Assembly: GCA_008369845.1 (NCBI GenBank)
Contig: MRSU01001977.1
Location: forward strand, 1-64,000
Source: Trichomonas gallinae
Lineage: Eukaryota
Length of the DNA stretch: 64,000 nucleotides
Reading direction: 5' to 3'
The notes below the pieces were generated by a model. It made no database searches and was not told the origin of the DNA. It saw only the letters and a program-made list of their open reading frames with translations. The position numbers were made by a program, and so were the translations under genes. Of the stretch, positions 32,144-43,656 are shown one piece after another (positions within the stretch are counted from its first letter, which is position 1; each line of letters opens with the position of its first letter).

Positions 32144-33169
32144 ATGGACTCCGATTTCAGCAATGATATGCTGAGATCAGCCCTAATCTCACAGTCTGGC
32201 GATATATATGATTTCTATGATGTACAAGAATTTCTTCTACGTCGAGATTTCTTTAAACCAGTGGGATGCAGATTTCTTTCTTGGCTTATTCGGCTTTCTG
32301 TTATACCAGCTGCTAGAGCTGAATGGGTTTCGAAAATTCAAGCAAAATACTCCGCTTATAAAATATTATGTCAGCATCTTTTTAAAGAGAATTATCAAAC
32401 ACCGCTAAAAAGACTGAGTAATGATGTTGCATATACGATTCGCGTAGATATTGATAGAACACACTCTTGGTTTCTTTCAATTTCAAAAGCTCTCGGAATT
32501 CCACAGAAATATTTGGAAAATACGGATGTTATAGCGCAAAGGATTCTTGCAGTAATAACAATAGATACACCTCATCTTTCTTACGTGCAAGGGCATGATA
32601 GATATGCATGGATGGCACTTCTTGTATCTTTATATTTTATTGTCAAAGGAAATCTCACAGTAGAGTTTGCAGAAGCAATGTCTTTTTATATAAGTCGAGC
32701 TTTTATAGCATACAACCCAATTTCTCAAGATATAGAAAATCTTCCAATAATCGAAGCTCATTTCAGAATTTTAGACCGATTAGTAGAAGAATTCGTACCA
32801 GAAACAGCTGCGCTGCTTAATAGTGTGCATCACTGCTCAATGCACTATGCCTTAAAATGGGAATTGACTTTATTTGCAGATGAGCATAATGTGCATGAAT
32901 TGATGTATCTATGGGATCAAATTCTAGGTCGCATAGAAGATATAACAGACTTCCTTAGGTTTTTGTGCGTGGCGCATATACAGCAGGTGCCTCTACCGAA
33001 AATGGCAGATGAAATGGCCCAGGCAATCCAAAAAAACAAGAACTGGGACGTGCCTCATATTCTCGACGCAGCAGATGAGATGCTGCAAAACGCACGTGGA
33101 GGAATTAACTTTAAAGAGAAGCTTAAAATGTTCCTCACAGGATACTGCGGCTGCCTCAATCTACAATAG
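32144..33169 (+). CDS. Rab-GAP TBC-domain protein
   Basis: IRVDIDRT (Arg finger), YVQG (Gln finger), W..TLF, LWD; ATG at 32144 directly after AAAGTGAC. Confidence 0.85.
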   Translation: MDSDFSNDMLRSALISQSGDIYDFYDVQEFLLRRDFFKPVGCRFLSWLIRLSVIPAARAEWVSKIQAKYSAYKILCQHLFKENYQTPLKRLSNDVAYTIRVDIDRTHSWFLSISKALGIPQKYLENTDVIAQRILAVITIDTPHLSYVQGHDRYAWMALLVSLYFIVKGNLTVEFAEAMSFYISRAFIAYNPISQDIENLPIIEAHFRILDRLVEEFVPETAALLNSVHHCSMHYALKWELTLFADEHNVHELMYLWDQILGRIEDITDFLRFLCVAHIQQVPLPKMADEMAQAIQKNKNWDVPHILDAADEMLQNARGGINFKEKLKMFLTGYCGCLNLQ

Positions 33170-33838
33170 AATGCATAATAAATTGTTGTTTTGTTGTTTT
33201 TTATTTATACAGAGCTTTCAACAATAGATATTAGGTAACTAGTCGCTATTACAAAAATGCTGATACTGCGTACTCATATATATCATTTATTATAAACAAT
33301 ATATAGTATTTGGCAAATCTTAGAGCAAAAATACAGCTTTTAGCAGATTGGTACATAGATTATTATTAATCAAAGAAAAATTATAATCAACGCTGACTTA
33401 GAAGTTTAATCAAGTTCTGAAACTCTAGATAAGATATGTACACATCATTCTCTAACTAAAAAAAAAGAAACAAGAAATGAGAATATTAGTTTTACATGAC
33501 GGATTGTCATATTTGAAGGAATTTTGTATAATTTACATGTCAGATCGTTAAAAATTTACTTAAATCGTTTTTTTAAAAATCGACTTTTCTCGACGCTTTT
33601 TACTGCAAATATATTAGTGAAAAGTGGGATTATTATAGCGTTAATTAATCTCCTGCAAAGCACATTGAGCAATCATGATTATATAGAGATAAAAGGATAA
33701 TTTATAATTTTGACATGTAAAAATAATCTTATTTTGTATAGTAAATTTTGGCAGATTAAAAATTTATAAGTGGCCGACCACCTCCATTTTGAGGGGAAAA
33801 TTGACGATAAAAAAAACATTCATTTTTACCACATAGCA

Positions 33839-34588
33839 ATGAGTGATCGTGAGTTCGAGAAGCATACACCAGAAGGTCTCCTCCGCTGGTCTATTGCCAA
33901 TAGCAATCCGGAAGAGATTAAGAATGTAGATACGGCTAAAATGATGACACACGAAGAGTTTAAAGAATTATGGGAAACTGCCTTCCCAGATGAGATTAAA
34001 ATACTGAAGGAGAATGTTAAGAAGCTCGAGGAGAGACCAGAAAAGCTCGAAGATTTACATTATGCTCTCGATAAGGTTTTATTCATTGTCGAAGGCATTG
34101 ATCAAGCAGATTGGTTTGCTGATCTTAATGGTTTTGAAATTGTTCTCCCTTATCTCCGTGATTCCAACACAGAAACTCGTATGGCTGCCGCTTGGATTAT
34201 TTCTAATGCTCTTCAAAATAACCCAAAGGTTCAAGATAAGTTCCTCAAGAAGATCGGTATGCAGAAGATTCTTGATACACTCGACGGCGAAGACGACGAA
34301 AAGCCTGCTAAAAGAAAAGTTGGAATGATTTCTTCAGCCATTCGTAGTTTTGTCCCTCTTAGAGAGCAATTCTATGCTTGCAATGGTTTCCAGAAGCTTA
34401 TTGAAATTACAGAGAAATTCCCAATTTTATTCTCAAGATTAGCTTGGACAGTTGGCGCTATCCTTGATGAGGAAGTTCCAATGGATAAGACTGAGCTTGC
34501 TAAGATACATATGAAGGAATATCTTCTTGCTCACAAGAAGGAAATTGATGATGACGAGCTTCTTCAGACAACTGTTTCAAGACTTTAA
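33839..34588 (+). CDS. FES1: Hsp70 nucleotide-exchange factor Fes1/HspBP1 family
   Basis: LLRWSIANS N-terminal motif, VEGIDQA, AAWIISNALQNNPKVQ; ATG at 33839 after TCATT (track start is GTG). Confidence 0.85.
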   Translation: MSDREFEKHTPEGLLRWSIANSNPEEIKNVDTAKMMTHEEFKELWETAFPDEIKILKENVKKLEERPEKLEDLHYALDKVLFIVEGIDQADWFADLNGFEIVLPYLRDSNTETRMAAAWIISNALQNNPKVQDKFLKKIGMQKILDTLDGEDDEKPAKRKVGMISSAIRSFVPLREQFYACNGFQKLIEITEKFPILFSRLAWTVGAILDEEVPMDKTELAKIHMKEYLLAHKKEIDDDELLQTTVSRL

Positions 34589-35078
34589 ATAAATATTTTG
34601 TTCTTTCTTAATTATTTTAATTTTGAACATTCTTTTTGCAATGATTTTTTAAAAAAAACAGAAAGACTATAATTATGACAATTACAGCAACGATATCCTC
34701 GATGATATAATCCAGAAGATGCAGAAAAAGAGACTAAACACATCGCTATTAGAGGACTTTATGAAATTCAAGGAACAAGAAAAGATTGAAAGACTTTTCA
34801 ATCGATCCTAATGACCTAGATATCCGAGAAGACTTTTTGGATCTGGTCGCATGATTTATTTGCTAGATAAAAATTAATCATAGGTAAAAAGATTATGATT
34901 TAGCATGCAAAATTAGTTCCATTGTTTCTAGTAATAGCCAAGTAGTACGTTTTTCCAATATAAGACAACAGTAAATTTTCTTTTTGATAATATGTCATTG
35001 TAAAGTGTCAAATGTCAAAATTTTAAAAAGTGTCGTTCCCTTTACAAAATGACGATAATTTTTTGAGCAAAAAAAAAA

Positions 35079-35777
35079 ATGAAAATGAGAAATTCTGTTT
35101 CAGCGAGGAGATTTGATCTAAGCGGTGGTATTGCTGCTCCTCGTGCCATAAACACAGCAAAATCTCCACGTCGTCACTCTGTCAAACTATTTACGCAGAA
35201 TCAAAGTAATGAAATCGATCCTTTCGGAAAAGATGCCGCTCATATTACAATTGGATCAAGCAGAAAGGAAGAAGAACCATTAGAGCTTTCACCTGGTCCA
35301 GCAGCCTATGACACTTTTGATTATGTGAGATCAACACCTTTGTTTACATTGAAATCACGTCCAGATGTTGATTATTCCACACCTACGAGTGGATGTGACA
35401 TCCCTGATTTGTCAGTTTACCCAAGAAAGCTTGAGAAACATATTGGATTAAGAATTTCAACGGAATTCTGGGCAAAGAGTGACACACCACTTGCAGCTTA
35501 TGATATACGTCCTCCTTCTACACCAAAAATTACAATCAGAAACAAATTAATGGATCCAATTAATGACACGCCAGGACCAGGTGCTTATTCTCCAAGAACT
35601 CCACAGCCAAAGTATCAGACAACATTCCCAAGACTTAGAGGACGAAGTACATTTGAATCAACGACTGATTCTCCAGGACCTGGTCATTACAATATCAACC
35701 GTTCGTTGATTGGCACAGAAAAATGGAAGGGAGCAATTAGGCCAATCAAGAAATGGGACTATGGAGAAAATGATTGA
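35079..35777 (+). CDS. SHIPPO/sperm-tail PG-rich repeat (ODF3-like) axonemal protein
   Basis: SPGPAAY, TPGPGAY and SPGPGHY repeats. Confidence 0.85.
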   Translation: MKMRNSVSARRFDLSGGIAAPRAINTAKSPRRHSVKLFTQNQSNEIDPFGKDAAHITIGSSRKEEEPLELSPGPAAYDTFDYVRSTPLFTLKSRPDVDYSTPTSGCDIPDLSVYPRKLEKHIGLRISTEFWAKSDTPLAAYDIRPPSTPKITIRNKLMDPINDTPGPGAYSPRTPQPKYQTTFPRLRGRSTFESTTDSPGPGHYNINRSLIGTEKWKGAIRPIKKWDYGEND

Positions 35778-37235
35778 TTTTTCTTTTTGATTGTTATTGA
35801 CATCAAATATTTTGGAGTTTTATTACTTCAAAGCTATTTTTAACAATATTCTATATGGTTCCTTGTAACTTGGTTAACAATTGTTCAATTTTAATTGATC
35901 AATAATATATTTAAAAATTTGTTCGGAAAGCGTCTATTCTTGGTTCTTTATTTCACTAATTATTTATATCTACGACCAGTTCTAATGAATGCAAATATCT
36001 GCTACCATTATCAAACCATATACTTGTTCAATGATTACTCAACTATCATTATAATCTTAATTCTCCTTTACTCTCATGATTACTTCACTATAATGACATG
36101 GAATATACAATGTATGCCAATAATTAAAGAGAGTGGAAGATAATTTTAAAATTTTCAAGCTATTGTACCCTCATAAATCCATAGAACTGCTTCATCGTGC
36201 AACGGAAACTCTATTAATGGATTAAAATTCAGCAGTTTGTAATGATATTTTTTGCATAAATTGACGTTGTTACTTAAGCGATTTCTTCCCATTATCCATG
36301 GAGACTATGGTGTAATTCTTCATTTGTTCCAACTTTTCTACGGAATTGTGGAAGTTTGAACTTATTGAATTTCTAATATCTTGAGAAGCTCTGATAAATT
36401 ATTATTTCCATTGCCTTACTAATCCATATTTTTATATATAACCGAGAAATATTTAATAATGAAATTGTTTGATCGTCAGTTTTAAGAATAATTTATGCTA
36501 TAACGGAAAATATAGAGGAACATAATAAGTCCATGATGCGGTTTTGTTCCACTAAAAAATATATGCTAACAAAAAAATGAAAATAAACTTTTTTCTGTGG
36601 ACCTTTGAATCTTAAAAAATTTTAATTACAATGGATCTATGGGTGATAATGTGAATAATTTAAAAATTACGCCTTTACGCCCTTCGCAATTCAATTATAA
36701 AAATTGTCAAATAGACTATTTAGATGTATTTATAGCTATCGAAGGAAAAAAATTATGAATATTTGTAAAATGTAATTTTGATAAAGAAAAATTGGAGGGC
36801 TGATCTTCATTGTATCGAAGACATTAAAAATTACTCATAAAATATGCATGCAGTTATCAAAAAAAAATTGAAATTCTATTCATAATTTGTGTTAGGGATT
36901 AAATCCCTAAAACATTGCTTTATTTTTAATATAAACCAGTTATATTGTATTTTTAATTTAATTCTTCTTTAACGAAATTTCAAATGACTTCAAAACTCAT
37001 CACGTTAAATATTGCTAGTTACATGTAGTACAGTAATATACATTAAATTTATCTAGTTGATCATTCAATATTAATTTTTTTTAATGCACAAAATTTCAAT
37101 AGCAATTCAATCTTTCAAAATTTTAATGCAAAATATACTTGTAATATGGTAAACATGCGGAATATTCGCGTTTTTAGAATTGAATGCTTTTAAAAATTCA
37201 AATCTTTCTTCAGGTGAAGAAAAAAGAATTTTTAA

Positions 37236-37784
37236 ATGGATAGATTGCTACCAAATGGAAAAGCACCGAGAGAGGAGGGAGGCTTGAGGACGAAGTTCAG
37301 CGAGAGAGAGGACCTGAAGCTGATAAAGCTCGTTTCTGAATCGGGAAAATCCCCCAATTGGAGGGAAATAAGTAATATTATGCAAACAAGAACGCCACGA
37401 CAATGTAGAGAAAGATATCAAAATTACTTGTGTCCTAGAATAAATCACCACGAGTGGACGGCTGAAGAAGATCAAATTCTAACAACGCAATTTCAAATAC
37501 ACGGACCAAAGTGGAATACTATCGCGAAAATGCTAAAGGGAAGGACTGGTAATATGATTCGAAACAGATGGCAAACTTTGCTTCGCCAAGATCAGAAAAA
37601 GCCAATTAGCGAGCCGAACCAAAGCTCAAATGAACAACCTGACAACAACGATAAAAATACAGAAACTGAGGCGCCGATCGAGCCCGTCCGATCGAATCCT
37701 TTCGATAATTTATTCCAGATGATCGGTAACTCAATATTTGATGAAGAATCTTTCATGTCTGCACTCATTGGTAACAATAACTAA
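37236..37784 (+). CDS. R2R3 Myb-like DNA-binding protein
   Basis: KFSEREDLKL..W..I...RTPRQCRERY.NYL.P and WTAEED..L......GPKW..IA..L.GRT.N.IRNRW. Confidence 0.95.
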   Translation: MDRLLPNGKAPREEGGLRTKFSEREDLKLIKLVSESGKSPNWREISNIMQTRTPRQCRERYQNYLCPRINHHEWTAEEDQILTTQFQIHGPKWNTIAKMLKGRTGNMIRNRWQTLLRQDQKKPISEPNQSSNEQPDNNDKNTETEAPIEPVRSNPFDNLFQMIGNSIFDEESFMSALIGNNN

Positions 37785-38229
37785 GCGTTTACTCATATCT
37801 ACTTCACATAACCCTTCATTTAGATTGTTTGAAATTTTTAATCTCTTAAATTTTTTTGTTTTAATTCGATGGTTGCTTGTAAAAATCATATTTTGGCAAA
37901 TGTATAAGCTTATTTTTATCAATTAATGATTTGGCAGAAATCTTTTTCAAATCGTTTATTCTCCGCAAAAATAACTGGAAAAACTGTCTTGCTGTGGCCG
38001 AACACCCACAGATCTTGCTGCATAAATGGCATTCAAATTAAGAAATATTTAGTCATTTTTTCTGGAATGGATTTAGGCAATTATTTCATGAGCTATGTGT
38101 TATACTAGTTTTTATGAAACAGGCCTTTTATATTTTGAGTGTTGAAATATTACAGTTTATTTTTGAAAAAATTATATAAAACTGTAAATATAAAAACATG
38201 GATATAAGATAGCAAATAGCAAATAATAT

Positions 38230-41067
38230 TTAGTTGTAAAAGACAATTGATTGTTCAGTTGAAGAATTAGAAGATTTCGACGAAATTCTTACGTAAGCTG
38301 AAGGAAAGGCTTGTATAAGCTGCAACATTTGTGTAGAATTAGTAACTACGGTATCCCCGGCTTCAGCAATCGAAACTCTTAAGTTAGAACTAAAAGTACT
38401 ACTGATGAATTGTTTTAATTTTTCGAATGTTGAAATTTCATCAGTATAATTTATCGCTTGGATAAGTATTTCGTCTTTGTAACCCGAATCTACAATGCTA
38501 TAGATATAAGGGGTATCGTGAGCTACAGGATCTACATATATATACTCCGCGTAGTTTGGAATTGGCTCGTTAATATTTAAAGATTTCATGCTTGGTGTGT
38601 TTTCGATAATAAAAGAGTTGGAATGAGCTGGGTAGCCTAAATCAGCGAGAGTTGTGTTAGCAGATATGCCGTGTAAATGACGCTCTTTGTTCATCTCGAC
38701 AATAATTGGTCTTTGGTCTTCAGTTAAAGATAATTCGCTGACTGTGAATTTTCCTTGTGTTGAAACTTTGTTTTTGTCGTCTTTGAGATGCTTCATGTAC
38801 TGATTTCCACTATTTAGGCGGAATATATGGCATGTGTCTTCAGCAACGCCTAACATAGTAGAGAATATGTGTTTGAATTCGCTGAAATCTATATTAATTG
38901 GAAGTTTAACTTGCGATAATGTCTGGCCGATAGTGTTGAAGCCAACTATGGTTGTCGTGGAGTATCTCTGCAGTTCCATAAACGTGGAATACTGTCCATC
39001 ATTATAATCCGTATAAAATGTCAAATAATTTAAGTCCGATTCTGGGAAATCGAACTTTGTTCCAATGTCTGGCTGAACTACGATAACTGATCCAGCGAGA
39101 TTCGACTGTGAAATGACAGAATCTGGATCAACTCTTGTCGCCTGCTGTTTAGTCTCTATATAGAAGGCGAAATGTGGATCACCACCTGTAATAAACTCTG
39201 CTGCTTGTCCCAATGTTGAATCACTACTAACTCCGCAGCATCCCATGAAATCAAGAGATAATGATGTAGGATCAAACTTCTTGAGCAGAATAATTGAATC
39301 CTGTTGAATGTCTCCTGGGCAGATGAATAAATACTTGGAATTTCCTACTGATTCGCCAACTGTTTCATTTAAGCCGCATTTTTCGACTGGTCTTTGGTTA
39401 TGATCACATCTGAATATCGTGAATGGATAATCAATGCCAACTAATGCTCTAACCTTAGGAATAAATTCTGATATTTTTTCTAATTTAGCTGTAGTGATTT
39501 TGAACTCTGCATTAGCATTAAGCAAGCCTGGACGCTTGTGAATGCAATTCTGTTTGATGCCTTCCTGTGTGATAAGTTTAATTTCACAAGTATCAAACGA
39601 TTTATCGAAGAAATCGACTAATTCGCGTGGTGGATTCAAATCATACTTGTATATTTCATCTTCACAATCAGATCTGACGTAAAACAATATATATGCTCCA
39701 CCTTCGAAATTATTCTCGAAAACTTCATCATGTGTTGCTGTTTTTACTGTGTCATCGTTGAACAGCAGCCATGACTCTTCCATTGATGGCTTGATAAATG
39801 AGTAATAATGGCCGCCTGTGGCTGATCCTGAATGGCAAATAACGCCGTGCAATGAATATTGTACATCTTGGTCTAAATCGCTGTGCATCATTATTGTTTC
39901 TGAGAATTCCACGCGTTTTGAGAGCTTAACTCTTCCAAATGAGCCGTCTGGGAGTCTAGAGTAGTTAAATCTCAGCAAATGAAGTGGTAAAATTTTTGGA
40001 AGCTTTTCTAATTGGATTTTCAGCAACGCGTTCGTTCTAACACCATCTATTTCAATCTGGTCGTCGATTTCGCCTGGTGCTGTGAAGTACATTAAAGCCT
40101 GATCAATTGAATCTGCGTTTGTTATTGGTAATTCTATCATTCTTGATGTGAGTTTTCCACCTCTTATGCTCCATGAATCACTATTGACTGGGGCAACCAT
40201 ATTATAGTGAACAATTTTGAATAAATCATCAAATCTTCCAATAAAATCTGGATTTCTACTAATTTTCCTGTATAAAGCTTCTAAAAGCGCTTGAATGAAC
40301 TCAGCAGCGTCGTGCTGAATGTAAACTTCGTTGTCCCAGCCAAATGCTTTCGTTAATTCTTCAGTTGTTTGTGTTTCAGTTTCATTATGAAGTTTCAAGA
40401 ATAGCGTTTGTAGTTTAAATGACACATCACGCGTTTGCTCTGCTATTGTAAATGATGTTATTGGGAAACGATAAATTAAATTGCGAATTGCAGGAATTGT
40501 GAATAGTGTTTGTAATGAGGAATTCATGTAGCAAGTTGCTCCTTGGTTTATGAGGCCAACATAACCAGTTGATTCTTTTGAATTGTAAATTTTTTCTTCT
40601 GGTTGATAATAATAAACTTGTCTTTCCTTGCGCTGGACAACAGGAGTGAGAACCACTGGTAATTGTGGCTTTGGAAGTTCTCCAACTGTCGAAGAAGTTG
40701 TTTTTTGTGATGGAATTGCTTCAAAAGAAAGATTTACTTGTTTTTTCTTGTTGATTTTCTTAGATAAACCGCTTATACTGAGTGATCTTTTGCCATTTCC
40801 GTTCTTATCTAAAGAAACATCGCCTTTTTTATTATATATTTCTGATTTTGTATTTCCATCTTCGAGTGTTATTTTTTGTATCATGTTGAATTGTCCTGCA
40901 TGACCTGGGGCCTTCACTTCGATCGAAAAATTTACAGGATTTTGATTTTGGCGCAAAGGTAAGTTTAAACTTAACTTAGCTTCAATATCATTCATTTTAA
41001 CGAACCCTGAATCAGCTGTTCTATGTGTTCCAGTAAAAGGATCATTTAAAATTAGTTGTCCAGACAT
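38230..41067 (-). CDS. Ubiquitin-specific protease (C19), USP7/Ubp15-like
   Basis: Cys box GLINQGATCYMNS, QHDAAEF, His box HSGSATGGHYY and FNDD; C-terminal UBL-like region. ATG chosen at 41067. Confidence 0.9.
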   Translation of the reverse strand: MSGQLILNDPFTGTHRTADSGFVKMNDIEAKLSLNLPLRQNQNPVNFSIEVKAPGHAGQFNMIQKITLEDGNTKSEIYNKKGDVSLDKNGNGKRSLSISGLSKKINKKKQVNLSFEAIPSQKTTSSTVGELPKPQLPVVLTPVVQRKERQVYYYQPEEKIYNSKESTGYVGLINQGATCYMNSSLQTLFTIPAIRNLIYRFPITSFTIAEQTRDVSFKLQTLFLKLHNETETQTTEELTKAFGWDNEVYIQHDAAEFIQALLEALYRKISRNPDFIGRFDDLFKIVHYNMVAPVNSDSWSIRGGKLTSRMIELPITNADSIDQALMYFTAPGEIDDQIEIDGVRTNALLKIQLEKLPKILPLHLLRFNYSRLPDGSFGRVKLSKRVEFSETIMMHSDLDQDVQYSLHGVICHSGSATGGHYYSFIKPSMEESWLLFNDDTVKTATHDEVFENNFEGGAYILFYVRSDCEDEIYKYDLNPPRELVDFFDKSFDTCEIKLITQEGIKQNCIHKRPGLLNANAEFKITTAKLEKISEFIPKVRALVGIDYPFTIFRCDHNQRPVEKCGLNETVGESVGNSKYLFICPGDIQQDSIILLKKFDPTSLSLDFMGCCGVSSDSTLGQAAEFITGGDPHFAFYIETKQQATRVDPDSVISQSNLAGSVIVVQPDIGTKFDFPESDLNYLTFYTDYNDGQYSTFMELQRYSTTTIVGFNTIGQTLSQVKLPINIDFSEFKHIFSTMLGVAEDTCHIFRLNSGNQYMKHLKDDKNKVSTQGKFTVSELSLTEDQRPIIVEMNKERHLHGISANTTLADLGYPAHSNSFIIENTPSMKSLNINEPIPNYAEYIYVDPVAHDTPYIYSIVDSGYKDEILIQAINYTDEISTFEKLKQFISSTFSSNLRVSIAEAGDTVVTNSTQMLQLIQAFPSAYVRISSKSSNSSTEQSIVFYN

Positions 41068-41503
41068 TTTATAGATTTTTTGATATTTACATGTCATAAT
41101 TTTGCTTACATGGCAAAAAATCAATCCCTAAGCTCTCATGTTACCATAGCCATATATACTATTTTAGGAAATAAATATACAATGTGCACTGTTTATAGAT
41201 TGCATTGATACATATGCTAAGCTATACTTTTTAACTATGATAAATGAGAAAAAATAATTGTCAAAATTTACAATCCCCTTTAAAAAGAAATTTATTACAT
41301 ATATGATAAAAAAGCAAAATTATAATCTAAATTGTATTTGTGGGGGTGCATCCATTCAATCTTGCGTGACATAATATATATATGATTTGTAAATCTTTTA
41401 TGTGTCAGATATATCATTTTACGTGTCATAAATTGTCTCGAAAGGGTTTATTTGTCAAAGATTTTAGATAAAAAAATACACGTTTAGCTTCGTTCGATAA
41501 GAA

Positions 41504-42730
41504 ATGGCTAGTTCAACGAGAAGACTTAAAAATCTTGTAGTTGACATATCCGATTATAAGAAGCGTCTCGATTCACTGGATTGTTTTCTGTTTCATCTTG
41601 AATATAAGCATGATAGAAATAAATCTACAAATAATACTGCAAATGCTAATTCTCCGCCTGTCAAAATGTATGTATCACAACAGATGAACAATTCGCCGCA
41701 AAGTGGCAAAAATAAAAAATCAACCAATGATAAGAAATCGAAATCAAGAAAATCAAATGCAAGCCAAAACTCTCTTACAGAATTCGATGAAGATTATATA
41801 AGAAAATACATGGAATTACGCAGAGAAGAAAAACGATTAAAAAATAAAATCGATATACTTCGTTCAAAGATCGACAATCTCAACTCAAGAAAGACAAGCG
41901 CAGCAAGTAAAATGCAGCCCAGCTGTGAATCAATCGAAGAACTTGAAGAACGAATTAAAAAATTAGAAAATTTTAATAATGAGTTTTCGACGGCTGAACA
42001 AGATGATGCTAATGAGCTACTGCGTTTAAAAGTAGTTGTTGATACAAAAGAGACTGAAAACAAAAATCGCAAAATAAATCTCGAAATCCGCAAAGCAAAA
42101 CTTAATGAAGAGATCCAAAAGTACAATGATATACATGCAAATTCTCCATCAATCAGTCACAGATCAGTGCTTCAGTTAAGCAGCGAACAGCAAGAGAGAA
42201 GAATGAGAATTATCAAAGAATATGAAGATATAGATGATTTAATAAGAAGAAACTTGGAAGAACGAGCTAGAATAGAAGAGTCTTATCGTAAGAAAGTCAA
42301 AAAGATCGCAACTCTTCAAAATACACTAAATAAAATTGGCCTCCTAATTATTACGATTCATGACGAAAACACTTCACTCTCTAAGCTTGATGCTGAAGAA
42401 AAATCACTTATTATCAACAAAAACACATTATCTCGACTTTTGAATTCAACAATGATATCAAACGAGACACCTGACTTTCAAATTGATATTCCAGAGCTGC
42501 AGCGTGAAATTATTCGTAATGAAACAAATCTTAAGCTGAAAAGAGCTAAAGTTGAAGCACTTAATAAGGAAGTTGACGACTTTGAAAGATTATTAGATGA
42601 AAAACAGGCTAAAATAGAAGCTTTGGAATCACATGCATACACAGAAAGTGTGAATGAATCGGACAAGAACAAAACTGAAATAAGCAGTGAAGACATTGAT
42701 ATATCTTTTGCTTTGAAATATATATTATAA
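41504..42730 (+). CDS. Coiled-coil protein (408 aa)
   Basis: Long ORF rich in heptad K/E/L patterns; no catalytic motif. Confidence 0.75.
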   Translation: MASSTRRLKNLVVDISDYKKRLDSLDCFLFHLEYKHDRNKSTNNTANANSPPVKMYVSQQMNNSPQSGKNKKSTNDKKSKSRKSNASQNSLTEFDEDYIRKYMELRREEKRLKNKIDILRSKIDNLNSRKTSAASKMQPSCESIEELEERIKKLENFNNEFSTAEQDDANELLRLKVVVDTKETENKNRKINLEIRKAKLNEEIQKYNDIHANSPSISHRSVLQLSSEQQERRMRIIKEYEDIDDLIRRNLEERARIEESYRKKVKKIATLQNTLNKIGLLIITIHDENTSLSKLDAEEKSLIINKNTLSRLLNSTMISNETPDFQIDIPELQREIIRNETNLKLKRAKVEALNKEVDDFERLLDEKQAKIEALESHAYTESVNESDKNKTEISSEDIDISFALKYIL

Positions 42731-42799
42731 TAGTAATGTTTGTTTATAATAAATACCATGACTTATCGGCATATAAAACTATTCATAATCAAGTAATAT

Positions 42800-43427
42800 A
42801 AATAAATGTCAATGAGTTAATAGAATAACAAGATTAACATATGTGATATGGACTTCATTTATATACAATTCATACGTATTTCCTGTATAAGATAGGATTG
42901 ATGTGCCAAATTTGAGCATACTTAAATTTTCGATATCTGCATCAAATTTCTACATGACTTGTATTTATGGTTGCATATTCGTAAACACTGAATTTGTTGA
43001 AAATGTCGATACTAAATCCCATGAACTCTTCAAGTAAATGCTCAATGTACTGAGTGAAATCCCATCAAAACTGGAGCATAATTTCAGTTCAGAAGCAGTG
43101 GGTTTCCTGTTGAAATAAACTATCTCGTATGGTGGTATCATTCGTTTTATAAAGGATTCGAAATATTCTTTTGCTGACTCGTATGTGGAATTTATTAATG
43201 AGAGTTTTCGTATCATTAGAGTATCCTTCAAAATAAATAATATTTAAACGACGCTTGATTAGGCGTATATAAAGAAAGAGAATACATGCTGGAGTATCAA
43301 AACGAGTTTCAGATAGTTTTGGATAAAAACTGAGAAAAATTGGAAAATAACTGCCCATAAAGGGATCATAATTTGTAAGTTTTTCAACTCGGCAAGCAAA
43401 ACCCAAATTATACCCATAGGCCTCCAT
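42800..43427 (-). pseudogene. Possible frameshifted gene remnant
   Basis: ATG-initiated 112-aa ORF overlaps an 88-aa ORF in another frame, followed by a further coding-like piece (FDADIENLSMLKFGTSILSYTGNTYELY...). No domain recognised. Confidence 0.35.
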
Positions 43428-43656
43428 ATATTTTTGTTGTCTGTATTTGATATTGTTTTAAATAAATGCTAATAACGGAAAATGTCGTGTAAATTATGTA
43501 AAATGTCAAAAATCTTCTAAAATCGGTTTTTTCCTTATTTTCGTGGCCACTATTCGATAAACATGTTTTAGAGTGATTTGTGCTGTAAATCGAATCTTTA
43601 CATTTCTTACTAACGGTTTTTCTTTCTGAAACTTAGTAAAGAAAAAAATAATTGGG

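Noticed and set aside
35895..36143. 82-aa hydrophobic ORF
   Set aside because: TTG start and an Ile/Tyr/Asn composition expected from random AT-rich DNA.
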